From contig NMRA01000265.1 in the NCBI GenBank assembly GCA_002633005.1, positions 62,001 to 126,000 on the forward strand: DNA of 64,000 nt, written 5' to 3'. The DNA comes from Phoronis australis (Eukaryota; Animalia; Phoronida). The position numbers and the translations under genes were made by a program. Position 1 is the stretch's first letter; every line of letters begins with the position of its first letter. Shown here piece by piece: positions 26,412 through 39,699 of the stretch. Under the pieces are notes generated by a model that saw nothing but the letters and a program-made list of their open reading frames with translations, searched no databases and was not told the DNA's origin.

Positions 26412-29400
26412 CTGAAAAAGAAAATATATGTTTTACAATTAGATGTCCGACAGCGGTCAAATGCTTCTCTGAAAAAAAAAGAATAGTTGATCAACATCTC
26501 GGAGTTGATAGACATCTGACAATCCCTGCCTAGCAGAGGCTCAATTTTACTTGCATGCATGCCGAATTTGCAAAAACAAAATTTCCAAAGCCCACATCTT
26601 AGAGATCTTGCCTAGCCAACTTACAAGCCGAGGACTAAGATCACAATGTAAAGCGTAGACATCCTGTTCATGTACTCCACTGTAGATATGCTCAATAGTC
26701 ACAGGAGAGGACTTCATCAATACCATATTAAAGTGCAACAACGGATGCGAATAAAACTGGAAAATCTTAATTTCCAAAGACACTGAAGTGCATTGACCAG
26801 GCAATCAACACAGGGACTCCTGTTCAGTCACCAGCTGAAAGATACAACTTCCATACTGCTTCACGTGAAAGCTACATGTTGTGCGCCACATGTATTTTTG
26901 GGTGTCTTTTAAATCGCCTTGGCTAGCGGTGATAATAAGCCAGTCACGTGACCATTGACGTAGAGACATGTGCTTAATAGATTACAGAGTGGATCTTGAA
27001 GTTCACTCAGTATGAGAGACGTAACAGGAATTTACTTATGCAAATTACGAAAACGCATCCGATTCACTTGGCGCATAACCACCTAGACACCCTGAGAAAA
27101 AATGCAATAATGGGTGTTTGTAAAGAGTGATTTTGCAGGAACAGGGCCAAGTAGGAAGGTTGATTAGTTATGTAACAGCCTGTTCCATACAGACAACTGA
27201 TGAGAGTGGGAGTCTATTTTTAACCCCTAACACAAACACAAGCTGCCAACAGCTGGACACTACTAGGCTAAACTTAGAATTGGTTTAACTAAATTGAGAC
27301 TGAAATTGGCAGGTTTTGTCATCACCACCAGTGGAAAACCCAAGTGTATTGGCGTCTAAGAACCATGACCCAGCAGTAATAAAATTGTCTGCAAATTTAC
27401 ACAATTTGGCTTTTCTGAAACCCAGACATTTCTCAGACATAAATGTGTTTTATAACTGAGCATTAACTCTAATGCTGTTCAGCCTACAGCGATTATTTTC
27501 TAAAAAAAACATTTTCTAGGTACCTCGGCTTTACGACGGACAAATTAAGATTTGCGCGGGCAGCCATATGAACCAGGTGTGCTAATTAAAAATAATTTCA
27601 CAAACGACGCCACCAATGCCTAATGAAAGGTGCATGGTTATTGTTCAGGACAACGCCTATGAACAAAAAACTACATAGTTGTGGCTAGTGTATACAGTTT
27701 TGCAACAATGAGCGGTTGTGTACTTTTCACACAGTTCATTCAAGTGGATGTCTACGTCTCACAGACAATGGACATTCACTCTTCAAAGTTCTTGGATCAG
27801 ACTGGCGATGCTCTCGAGAAGACCTTGAAGTTGACAAGCGTTTTGTTCACAAATCCGCCATGCAGCACTCCACAGGTACTTCATAAGCTGGAACCAACCC
27901 TGAGACAATCACGATGCACTTGTGTTCAGTGTCACACTCCACAAACCAAGTTGACCACTTCGCCCTGGTGGTCAATGGGCCGGTTCTATTGCAAAGTAGT
28001 AACCAGGTTGAAAAGCACTGGCCTACCACAGAAGATGTAAAATCAATATTTACAAAGATTTTTGCTTGACCAAGGAGGTGCATGTTCAATGAGTGCAAGA
28101 CCACTCAATGAACATGGACAAAAACAATTCCTACAATGCCAAGGACAAAGTTAACTGTCCTAACAAGCTGACAAGAAAGTACACATGGAGCCATATACCA
28201 GAATACCCAATACATCAAAATAAGAAAACAAATGAAAATATAAAAATTCTTGTGGTTGGCCTCATCAAAAAAAGTGGATAAAACAACAGGTTCATGAACA
28301 TCAAGCTGGTGCAGAGACAAGTTTTTGCCATTCGATACTTTGTACAATACAAAAAATAAAACAGCCACACGGTGGCAAACGTAAACAGGAATTTTCCACA
28401 TTGAGTTGGTAAACCACAAATGATAGATATCTCCCACAAACACGTTTCTGTGTGAACATGGCGTTCTATCTGCAAGTGGGTAACAGTGCATGCCCCCTTC
28501 CCATCTGTCTCACTGTTATTGAACGAGACGTTTTCCAGCACAAGCCATAAAAGTGCACGTGAATATCATTCCCAGCAGCAAAAGTACATAACAGACAGAA
28601 ATCTCCTTTGGCTTGGAGATAGGAAATGTTGGGCTGCTTCTAAGAATCGAAAAATATCGCATTACCACGAATAATTCTTAAGTTTATCCAACTTTCTGCC
28701 ATCAAAGTTGCGGCCCACAGCACAACAATAAAACTGCTGCCATTGGAATGTGAAGTACAGCTAATACATTTGAGAAAAAATTGAAGAAAACAAGACACCA
28801 GCAAATATCATGAGAAATTCCAATGGCGCAAGAACGACTGCTTGAGGGACTTTGCAGGTAGGTAAATGTCGCAAGACTCAAGTGCACCTATGTAATCAGG
28901 AATTGTCCTTCGATTCTGAGCACATTTATCACAGATCTACAGATTCAACACGTATAAACACAATATTCCCGTGAAAGACACAGGTACGCATTAGGACCAT
29001 GAAACGACCATGTTCTTATACACGGCTATTTACAATGCACTCCATACAAAGATCCATTCTTCAAAACTTCAAGACATGAAAGATGACAGAAGGAAATGTC
29101 TGCTAAGATTGCATCATACTCATTCTATACCTGAAATTATTTCTTTACACTCCAGTGCAAAAGGTAACCATCTTAAAAATTGGTAAGAGAGTTCTGCTCT
29201 TAAGCCATCTGCAGTACCACAAAAGCAAGAGAACACGAAAACAAGGAAACAAAAGAACAGATTATTTGCTCAGAGATCCAGCCTTATTGTTGCAAAACCC
29301 ATATGGAGGTGACCAATGTAAAAACAAGGATATAATACCTCAACCACAACCAAGTTATGCAAACACTCTGCAGAAATATGATGGTAATGCTATTTGTGCC

Positions 29401-30563
29401 GAGTCCTGACGTCAATAATAGCTTATTTTATAACAACACACGCTTAATCCACAAAAACAATTGCAGAGGAAGAATGCCATAAAGGCAACAAAAACAAGCC
29501 AGGTAACCGGTGAATAACCTTAACTAAGGCATTTTCCTCATTTTCCACCTAGTGATGAACAGTGTTGTCAGGAAAAGAACACGCTTTTCACACATGTCAA
29601 TTACATAGATAACTATGCTTGGTTATACAATGTGACACCATGGACCTAAAAATTGTTGGTAACCAGTGCCAGGTTGCATGAAGCAGTCCTAAATAAGGAC
29701 TCCACTAAGTTCCCTAAATCTTTTTGGTATTCGTTTCGTTATTTAGAAACAAATGTAATATTTTTTCTATCACTTTATATTTATTGTGAGCTCTTGTTTG
29801 ACAAATGAAATTTTATTAACATAACTAAAAACTAAGCCAGAGATGTTATACCCAGCCTTTGAGACTGGCAGAATCAGTTGCATCAGTCCTTCGTGTATTA
29901 GATGCAACTATGAACTTCTGACATGTTTGAAAAACCTTGTCCCATCGTGGATATTGCTGGTTACGAACCTCACAATGAAATGTACTAGCTGAACAGGAAC
30001 TTAAATTGATACAAAAGGAGACTGTGAAATGTTAAGTGACCCCTAGCCTAAGCAGAAGTGCCCCTGGCATTTAGTCCCTTGCATTGTGTTTAGGTTATTG
30101 TGTGCGAAATTGGGATCAGGGAAATACTACCTGAGAAGTTTTGCACCCAGTGGGAAATTAAAATTTCCTACAGTCATTAAAAAAGTCATGGAGGGAATAT
30201 TTGAAAGATAATTTGTTTCATAAAAGGCACAAAGCACCGGACCCTGTTTCAAATTCTTAACATAAGAATGAAAAATGGTTACCCTTCTTCAATTTTGCAC
30301 AAAGTAAAAACAAAAATGGAATCTTTGGACAAAAAAATTAACAATGTTGAAATTGGTTGAATGCTAAAACATTACCCAGGTGATTGCTATCTGAAAGCTG
30401 CGCAGTAAAAACTTCATTGATTTTTATTTACAAGACTCAGGAAATAAAATTTAATTTGTGAATCAAATTGCGTGCGGAATATAAAATGCCTCTCACGTTT
30501 ATTCAGTATGCCTGAGTGCTCAGACAGTAGCCGACAGCCATAAAGCAATGACACTTAACTTAC

Positions 30564-30680
30564 CATTTTGCTGTCTTTTTCCCTCAGCTGCAGGTCATCA
30601 TTAGGGAAGAGGTCCTGTACTCTCTCTACCTTGTAGTCGTTATCCACAGCATTGGCCTCACCTTCTCGATCCTTCACCAT
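30564..30680 (-). CDS. DH-to-PH linker exon (MVKDREGEANAVDNDYKVERVQDLFPNDDLQLREKDSKM)
   Basis: Acceptor ctcttgacag|, donor ATG|gtaagt; 117 nt, open, phase 0 to 0. Continues the final DH helix. Confidence 0.82.
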
Positions 30681-30840
30681 CTGTCAAGAGTAAATATTGT
30701 ACGCGATACAGAATCACATTCTGATGGCCAAGGACAGATGCACCAGCACAATGGAAATGGATGCAAAATCATCTTAGAAACTTAATACAAATGAAGCAGA
30801 TCGATGGTTAGTGATGTCAATACAATGCCACCCTATCAAC

Positions 30841-30900
30841 AGCAAAGGGGTGCACTGTACTGAGCAAAGGGGTGCACTATACTGAGCAAAGGGGTGCACT
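30841..30900. repeat. 22-bp minisatellite, about 2.7 copies
   Basis: agcaaaggggtgcact(g/a)tactg repeated. Confidence 0.9.
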
Positions 30901-32068
30901 ACAGAGTAATTTTTTGTACAGTAAAATGCTATCACATGAGACCATGCAAAATCGAGACTCCACAAAATCGCGCGAGTCAATGAGTGTAAACTCGGGACCT
31001 TGCATGCAAAAGGTACAAAATAGCCAGCACTAAAGTATCATGATTGAAGAGGTTGAAATACGGGGGGGGGGGGGNTTCAGCCTGAACATCCCAGATGAGA
31101 TGAGACATATTTACATCTAGGTAATTATTCATCTATTTAGCACACAAGATCGGGACAAGTGAAATTTCGTTTTGTCAAAAAATAAAAAGAAAATTTTAGT
31201 CTGTTGTTGTGTTTTGTTAATTTGGTTTCTAGTGTTCAGATGCCATAAATCAACAATTACTAGTGTTTCAACATTTACATTTGAAAAATAGAAAAAATTA
31301 CAATTTTGCCAATTATTTTTGTGAGAAATAAATGAAGATGATGCATGCAGAACAAACTGACAAAAAATATATTTGTTAGAAGGTCAAAAACTTTATTTAA
31401 AGTCCTTTTTCGCTACAAAGCCAATAGAGAGGTTTCACTATCTACAGTTTATCTGTAAAGCTTACATTTTTGTAACTGCCTAGAATTGTCCGGCAACATC
31501 CTGAGTTTCATTTCCTTGCAAAAGGATTTTTATAGAGTCGACATTCTAAAGGTACAGGTACCCCTTATCAAAGTTGCCTACCGCAGTAAAATATAACAGC
31601 ATCCAAACAGCGCCTGTAGGTTTCAGTGATTGCCAAAACTGGTAGTTCAAAAGTGGACTACATAGCTATACTGTTATCAAAAGAGCCTGCAATACACGTT
31701 CAGGGCTGGAACCCTTTTGTTTTTTAATGCGGCCAGTTAGCGTTCCAAAGTACACACGAAAAAACCAAGGACCGAATGGAATTCATAAGACTGGTTCAAC
31801 CGCACGATTCATAACCGCAACACTACAAAACGCATGTAACCAGACTACAATGCCGTTTCACCATAATTCTGTTATTGGCAAAATCGACTGGTTATAATTG
31901 TTATTGTAGTAAAACTTTAAAAACATAATGGCTCAGACACCTTACTAACTTTTCTGTTAATTCTCCTTCATAGCTGGTCATGGCAAAGACTATTCTGACA
32001 GTGAATTCGGCTTCTGTCCAATCATGACAGAGAATTCCAGGTCATTTTGTCTGAATACTTTTGTACTA

Positions 32069-32227
32069 CCGTAATCGTTCGGGTTAACGCCCTGGGCGAT
32101 TAAATTGGCGAATCCAAAAAATCGGGGGAGGGCGGTTAACCGAGCAGTGGGCGGTTAAATCGAAAATCCACTTAAAGTCGGGGATGGGCGGTTAACTGAG
32201 CATGGGCGTTAACCCGAACGATTACGG
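32069..32227. mobile_element. Tc1/mariner-pogo (Tigger-like) MITE
   Basis: Perfect 24-bp TIR ccgtaatcgttcgggttaacgccc flanked by TA on both sides, with internal gggcggttaa repeats. Confidence 0.88.
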
Positions 32228-33310
32228 TACCATACTCTATGTATTGCAGTTTAAAGTTTGCGGCTTCAATTTGACCTATGGTAATCAACACTGCGCGGAT
32301 CTTAGTAAAATTAGGGAACACTCTTAATGTTTGAACATAGCTGAAAATTCTGAAAACAACGAAACCTCTGTAATTTTACCACTATGTGTGTCAAACAGGT
32401 GATGAGAGCCCAGTTGAGAGGCTCCCATGTTCTTGTCCAGTTGGTATGTAATCCCATTATCAGTCTACTGATGTCCAGGAAATTCTTAATTAACCTTGTT
32501 TGTCCAGGTGACAAATTACTTGAACTGTTCTACACATGTTCCCAACTCAAGGGTGACTGTGTGTGGTCAAAACAGGGACCCACTGCGCTCCCAGATAAGG
32601 GGCACAATGATCTTGGTTTGATCAATTTTACTCCAGCACTTTGAAACAAAGTGCAGAGAAATGGTTTCATTTGCTTGAAATTTCAAAATTAACCAAAATA
32701 GGCTTGCGAAATTAAATTTTAATCTAACTTTTTAACCCTGTAGTCATACCTCAAAAATGAATACAATTAGGAACAAAGAGTTTTAGAACTGCATTCCTCC
32801 AAAATTTAGTGGCCAAAAACCAAAACGAATTAAGCCACACTAATAAAATCTGTGTCAAAATATTTCTCATGGTGATAGGACTCAGTTTACATTACCAACA
32901 AGAACATAGATTCCATCATCAGCTTAACAAAACCCTAAAACTGCGAATTCGAAACTGGTGCGTGTATGCATCGCCTGAAACTTGAAGTGAAGGGGGGGGG
33001 GGATGGGTTGAACCGCCTGTTCTTGTAGACATAACTCACAGATTTATAAAACTTGAAGACATACCCTCAAATATCTGGTCGGCATAACATAAACATTTCA
33101 TGAAAGATTTAACATATGTGGAAGTGCTTGAAGAATGTTTTCTCAAAGAAAGTTTCATGTAAAATCTGAAGTGTCCATAACACCGGAGATAAAACATGAC
33201 AAAGGTGTTAGAAGTGGCAAAATAGTTACCTAGAACAAACATTGTGAGCTCGACACAGAGCCACACCTCAGTAGAGTTTTTAAAGTACATGGCTTTGTTG
33301 ACATACCTAC

Positions 33311-33352
33311 CTTGCTGTGAAGACTGGGTGAGTTCCGTGGATTACGTGTCAT
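33311..33352 (-). CDS. Candidate alternative first coding exon (MTRNPRNSPSLHSK)
   Basis: ATG in frame with AAG|gtaggt donor; phase 0, compatible with the 30680 acceptor. Confidence 0.35.
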
Positions 33353-36300
33353 GACAGAGTCAGACTTATTCAGGGACCTGACACCAGTGGTGTGTCGGAT
33401 ATCATAAAAGCCAAAACATCTTGATGTCTTACATGGGAGCACCAAAACACAGTGTGCCACACTTTTCGGAGTGGAGCAAAAACCTCCAATCAAAATTTCC
33501 TGACTGCTCACTTTTCAAGCTAATTGCTTGTCAACAACATTCCACAAGTGTGCCTAGTGACTGTCCCACATTTTAGTCACCACAAAACTGATCACCCATC
33601 CTGCACTGCTCTGAACCCAGGACAATACCCTTAGTGTCAGGGTGAGTCCATTTCAACAGAGGGAGTCTGAGTGAACAAAGTGATCAAAACTAAAGAATGT
33701 GAAAAACAAAAACATGATTCACAAACCACGAACTCAAATCATTCCAACGCTGGTTTCAAAAGAATTCCAAATTTCATAAACTAGGGCGACTTCCCCAACT
33801 TAAATTAGACTTTAAAGAGATATCTATGCATCCACTACCGCACATCTTTGCCCACCTTGCTAATCTGAGACTAGAGAATGTTACGTTTGACCCCTCAACT
33901 CACTGTTTATATACGATAAAATAATAAAAACACAAACATTTTTCCAAAAACAGTAAGGTGAAGTTTAGATAACGATGTGTATCAGCTTGGGGCTACTCCC
34001 TATTAAAACACTATGAGCGGAATCAATGGAGTGCCGACAATGCATCAGGGGTGGGAGAGATAAAAACTTACTTTACTTTATCAAAGGCTTGCATAGATAT
34101 GATTCAATCGATGTGTAAAAACCAACACAATTGTTGATTCAAAGATAGCGTTACTATTGTTGTTCAACTATCAATACTTTTAGTGTGACAATACCATGCA
34201 AAATATCGCCTTTGGCAATTTTTTACGAGTGTGACCTGATTTCGAATATTGTCACCTAGACAATAACCTGAACACAAAACGATTTATGCTACATTTGATC
34301 AATTTTCTTGTTAAAAAGAGATAAAAATGCACTCGAGATATCCCAATGTTAAGATTTTTAAAAACATCTAGAAACCAAATGAACTATAAAAATAAGCACT
34401 ATGAATGAACTGACGATCTTTTAGTTTAACAATACAATGTTGGTATTGGCAAATTGAATACATCCAATAAGCAGTGATTGCTTGGCAAAAATTTGAGATC
34501 TACTTGAAAATACAAGTTGTTGTAAAAAAGTTAAAATGATAATAAAGAAGTTGACACACGCAAAATTTTCCAGGTGAAAAAATCTCGTAACATGTGCGCA
34601 TCATCTCCATCAATCATGCAGCAGACCACCAGGTGAAATCTCCACTTGGTAAACAGAAGTGGTAGTGAATGAGGTATTAGTGTTGTTTTGCATACTCATT
34701 TTCTCACTCGGCCAGGTATGGAGTTGACCTGGATTTTGAGTGTCCATTGACACGCCCGGTCTGGAGGGGGTGGGTACAAGACTGTATTTTTAACTTTGGG
34801 TAAAGCTTGAAATAAAGATTTCTACTCATTTAAAGAGTAGACATGAAAAGTGACCCATCTGTAGGGAACAACCATGAAAAATTCCACACAACAAACCACA
34901 ACCACGAGTGGTGTCAAGGAAGAGGGCCGGGTAATGTGCAACAATCCCTTTGTGCATGCCAATCTAGAAAGTTCAGTATTACCCGAGAGTAATATATTGG
35001 TCCTAGGTATAACTGGGCACACGACAACTGCAAAATAGCAGGCGTGCAAGGCAATGACCATATGCTCTATTTGCGTCAAGTTTTTGGTAATTTTAGGAGT
35101 ACTCTTTTATAGGAAATTTTCAGAAAATAAACCTTTCATAGAAAAACTGATCATGAAAAAGTCAATACCTTTAAGCTGGTACACTACCCCATCCCTGTAA
35201 CCATTACTCTTACGCGGAAGGACATCTTTCCCCTTAAGACTAAAACATCTTCAGGGGTAGCACGGACAACGGATCATTAAACTTTAAAAAAGCAGTAATA
35301 ATAAAATGCACATCAAGGCAGGTTGAATATCAGTACAAAATGGGATGCAACTATTTAACAAACCAGGGTAGAGCTCAGTATCAGCCTCGTGGTGGGAAAA
35401 ATCTAACCAAAATCAAATTCTCTCATTGAAAATACATGGCAATACCTTGCGTGCCCTTATCTCACAGTCTTGCTTTTCTAACAAGGCCCTAGTGCTATAT
35501 TGAACTCTAGTTAGCTCTACAGAAGAAGAAAGCATGCCCACTACAGTAATTAACCCACATTCAATACTTGTTTGACCTGGTGTACACTGATCCAAAGAGC
35601 TATGACACAATATGTAAACACTGGCCATTGTGGGTCAGTGTGAACCAGGAGACTGGGAGTCTGGCAAACACCCAGGTGCAAAGCTCAACAGGTCAAAATC
35701 CAATTAGGGGTAGGGGGGACAGAAAGAAAGCCTGGAATGTGACCTATTTGGTTTCAATTCTCCCCCTTGGGAAACCCAAATGCACCAAATGACTCTTGAA
35801 TTGAATTTTGCCTTTATGAGTGAACTCGGGTTTGAACAGTGTATCCATCAATGGCCAAAATTAATCGTTTTCTTTACCATTCATTCAGCATTGGCCCTGT
35901 TCAGATGTCCCAGGACAACAACTTAACAAACAAAAGTGAAATTAGAATTTTGATATCAGCCTCAGAGCAAATACAAGCAAATATGGGCAAACATAACTGA
36001 CAACCGTTCCTAAATCATCCCATGCCTGTAGTATTAAATGAAATTAATTATTCTAAGTCTAATTAATTTTCAACCAACCATTAGGCAACAAATGGCACCA
36101 CTCCTGTGGAAACCTGACCAAGTAAGAACACATTCACACAATTTTCTGTAAAGACCAAACAACCGGCTTACAGGTATAATTTTACAATTTTAGATACTCT
36201 TGAGTTTCCATTCTCAAAAACAGACAAATTAGAATTAAGCAAAACATAAAGTTATTTTTTTCCATTTTGTGAAATATAAAATTTCATTCACTACATCAAA

Positions 36301-36692
36301 GAAACATGCAATGTATTTTGTTATTTCCCATTTTTGTACATTCTCAAGTTCAAGTTTTATTATTTCAAAGCACTTGTAAATTGAATTCTTACTTGGGACC
36401 ACCCATAAAGATTCTACTGATTGGAACATGCAGGGGTGGTGCTAGGGGATTTTTTAACAAATCACTAAAAAAATTTTAATTGACACTTCGGTGGAGTAAT
36501 TTGAAAGTTCTACTCTACTGTTGCTATAGTTACAGCCGAAAGATTCAAGAAACATCATTTGGTAAAACTTAGTGCATTTGCAGGAAAACAGAAAGCCTTT
36601 AACAATAGCAAAATGTCATTCATTTTCATCCAAATTTGAAGAATTTTTAGCGTACATTGCATTAGAGAGCAAGAATGGTTCAATATACTTAC

Positions 36693-36803
36693 ATCTTTTA
36701 CTCTGTTCGCCGCCTTCCGTAAGTCATCATAATCTGGATGATTCTCCTGTGTTTCGCTCAATAAGTCGCTCAAATATTTGTCGTACTCCGGTATTCTTTG
36801 CAC
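36693..36803 (-). CDS. Exon encoding C-terminal part of a Dbl-homology (RhoGEF) domain (VQRIPEYDKYLSDLLSETQENHPDYDDLRKAANRVKD)
   Basis: Matches the DH CR3 consensus (P)VQRIPRYxLLLxxLLxxTxxxHPDYxxLxxA. Acceptor cttgttgcag|, donor GAT|gtaagt; 111 nt, phase 0 to 0. Confidence 0.9.
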
Positions 36804-37997
36804 CTGCAACAAGAATACACCTGGTTTAAAACCCTGGTCACATGTCCAGTTTACTAACATACATAAATAAAAATTGGGTCACATACATTTTCCTGTTTGT
36901 CTGAAATAGCATGAATCACAACAGCTGAACTGCACATCTAGCTGACAGATGGCAGCACAAGCACTGTATTTTATTTGGCAGATCATTTGGTGTAACATAC
37001 CAGTGCAAGATCTTTGCCATTTAATCTCTTCATTTAAGACCACACATATTCTATTCAAGACCTTGTAATTGGCCAGTAAAATAAACTTTCATAAATACAG
37101 ATTGAATAGATTGTCCTTTCTGCTTGTGAAGGTAATTCCATTCTTTCTCAATGAACAAACAACATGATACTCAGTCTCTGTGGCACTATTGAAAAAAGTT
37201 CCTCTGTTAAACACCTGGCTAGATTGAGAGCAGAGACTAGTTGATCACCATAGGGGCATTTGTGGTGTAAGGGTCCTATGTGACCTGAATGCAGGCAATT
37301 CTAAGGGAAGGACCAGTTTCACTGGTGTCAATCGGTGCATTACGTGTTCTCATTTATGGAAATTTCTCAACTACGCAATAATCTCATGTTTCAAGATCAT
37401 GGACACACCCCAAATCCCAAGCAGAATAATTAATTTTTTAATTAGGAAACTTTTGCTCCACATTTGATGGAACGCAAATTCGGTCAGATTACAAAACACT
37501 ATATTCTGCGATCCAGTCTGACCTTATTCACACAGTCGTCATATTACAAAGAGCCTCCTTTTTGTTTTAAAAACAATGCATTCAGAGTCTAATCGCGTGC
37601 CTGGTTATATATTATATCTCAAATGTACTCTTTTGTGAAAATGGTCTATTGAAATATTTGCATTAATTGCAAGCGTGATAGGAAAAGCTCAAATCGTAGG
37701 TAGACATGAAAAGAAACATGGCTTCAAATTGACTACACATCCTCATACAGTAACCACGGTTACATCAAAAAGCAAGCCAAATGTCTGGAAGCTGAATCCA
37801 CCCATTGAGAACCTTATTCACATATACCAGGATGTAGTATGGCACTCCCAAGACTGATACGCCATACAACCGGCATTGGGCGCAGCGTGCATGACAACTT
37901 TTTTACTAAGTGATATTACTACAGCTCAGTTTTGTAAAGTAGTAACACCCATCTCACAAACCAAGGATCATCAGATGACCAGCATCAGATTCCCTAC

Positions 37998-38147
37998 CTG
38001 AAGAGTTACGTTGCGTATTCCCGGCTGACCGCGAAATTTTGTGCGAAATCGCCAAAGCCGACCAACTTTGCCAAATAGTCGAGTTGAGCTCGACTTCTCC
38101 AGCATCACTTTGTCACGTGACAAGGTGAATTTTAACGCATCAGCCAT
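37998..38147 (-). CDS. Candidate alternative first coding exon (MADALKFTLSRDKV...IRNVTLQ, 50 aa)
   Basis: aacATGG start, 50 open codons, CAG|gtaggg donor (moderate), phase 0. CpG-rich and possibly transposon-derived. Confidence 0.3.
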
Positions 38148-39585
38148 GTTTGTATCTTTTTAAAAAATTATACACATCATCCATACATCATCAAAAGACT
38201 GTAGATGACAGCTGCCAAATTATTAAGAGACTTGATTGATCACAAATCCATCAGACTTCAGCACTGCTTCCTAATGCTCACAACTACTGCCTATCTTTCA
38301 AACTTCTTAGGCGTGGTGCTTCAATAATTAGCAGCCAGACTTTAAGATATTCCACCAGATAATCTCCACACACAGAGCCATGACGGCAGCGTAATAGTTC
38401 TCACAAGACGGCCGTTTCACCATTCTTCGCACTTCCCCCAAACTGCTTCTCTCAAATAGCACTCCACTCGCACTAAGCAGACTGAGGGGAATGTTAATCA
38501 GCATTTGAAAAACTGAAAACTAAACATCAAATGGTAAACGCCTAATTAAGAAAGGCAGAGAGGCCTCCTCGCCAAGAATTCACAAGACTATTTGCACTAA
38601 TGGACTATAATTAATCGGCTGCCAGACACATGAGGAACAGGAACTGGAGACCGAGAAACTACCACAAGGATGGCAATAGTTCAAGTGAATCCAATACATA
38701 ACCACTACATCTTAAAGTCTTGTTTTCCTCAGAGTCAAGTAGCATTAGCTGCAGCGCATGCAAAACTGCAGACTAATGCCAAAACACGTCATAAGACCAC
38801 TTCAAGGTTAGAGCAAAATCAGAATAACTTGTGAACACCCCCAATGTTTGTGACCTATCAGCTAGGATTGGACTTGGGTTTAGATCGGTGTGGTAACAAC
38901 ACTGTTGATGGAAGCGATTAGGCAAAGCCGTTACAAAGTCAGCTCTACCAGAACTACACATTTACGCAAGTGTCCCGAGAACACCACGAGTTTAGCGAGA
39001 CGGCACAGCGACTTGCAAGCACCCCATGTTCCGTGACCCATTAGCCACAGTGACCTACATGTCAGGGCACGGGGTTGGGAGAAATGTTTTTTTTCTAGAT
39101 TTCTTGAAGATGCACAAAAATTACTAATAGGCAATTTGGTGTCAAATGACAAATTGATTCCAACGCGGGGCAAGGATCTGGTATGATCTGCCAGGTTGTC
39201 TCAGACCCTCAGTAATTAGTAATAGAATTTGACTAAGAAACTAATTTCAAACCATTTACACACTGAAACAGTTCTAGCTGTTAATTTCAGCCAAAGGCAT
39301 TCAGGAGCATTCAAATTCCTGAACAGCTTATCTATTAGAGGCTGTTTCTGTCTGAGTTTGGCTTGTTTGTCTTCTGTCAGAGGCAGATAAAACAATCATT
39401 TGTTTCTACAGAATTACTTTACCAGTTAACTTGCTTTAAGACAGATATTGTTTCAATTGTGAGCCGGGAACATTCTCATTAAGCAGGAAGTGAAAGGCTT
39501 ATCCACTTCAGATTGGCATCCCCTTTAAGAAACTGTCATCTCCAAATCATCAACAAGTAATATATTGGTAATCAGGCTAACTTAC

Positions 39586-39699
39586 CATTTTCTTCTGAGG
39601 GCGAGGACTTGGAGAGCGTGAGCGAGGTCTCGATTCCTGGGGGGAGTTGGAAGATGAGGGGGATGGAGAGAGGCGAAAAAACGGAAGAAACATAAACAT
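39586..39699 (-). CDS. Candidate alternative first coding exon (MFMFLPFFRLSPSPSSSNSPQESRPRSRSPSPRPQKKM)
   Basis: Strong ATG|gtaagt donor, phase 0. GC-rich, protein-like SP/RS sequence with an in-frame stop upstream of the ATG. Confidence 0.55.

Noticed and set aside
27681-28674. Cluster of overlapping 60-128 aa ORFs
   Set aside because: No recognisable domain or splice-compatible boundaries. The flanking exons already join in frame without them.
30841-30900. Direct repeats as a CRISPR-like array
   Set aside because: Contiguous 22-bp units with no unique spacers, in eukaryotic context with no cas genes.
31062-31075. Poly-G run ending in n as a G-quadruplex
   Set aside because: A homopolymer next to an ambiguous base, likely an assembly uncertainty.
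32311-32640. Faint Penelope-like reverse-transcriptase resemblance (FLDIS)
   Set aside because: Only one short motif, not supportable without a search.
36944-36958. CTCF-like motif gacagatggcagcac
   Set aside because: A single imperfect match, expected by chance in 64 kb.
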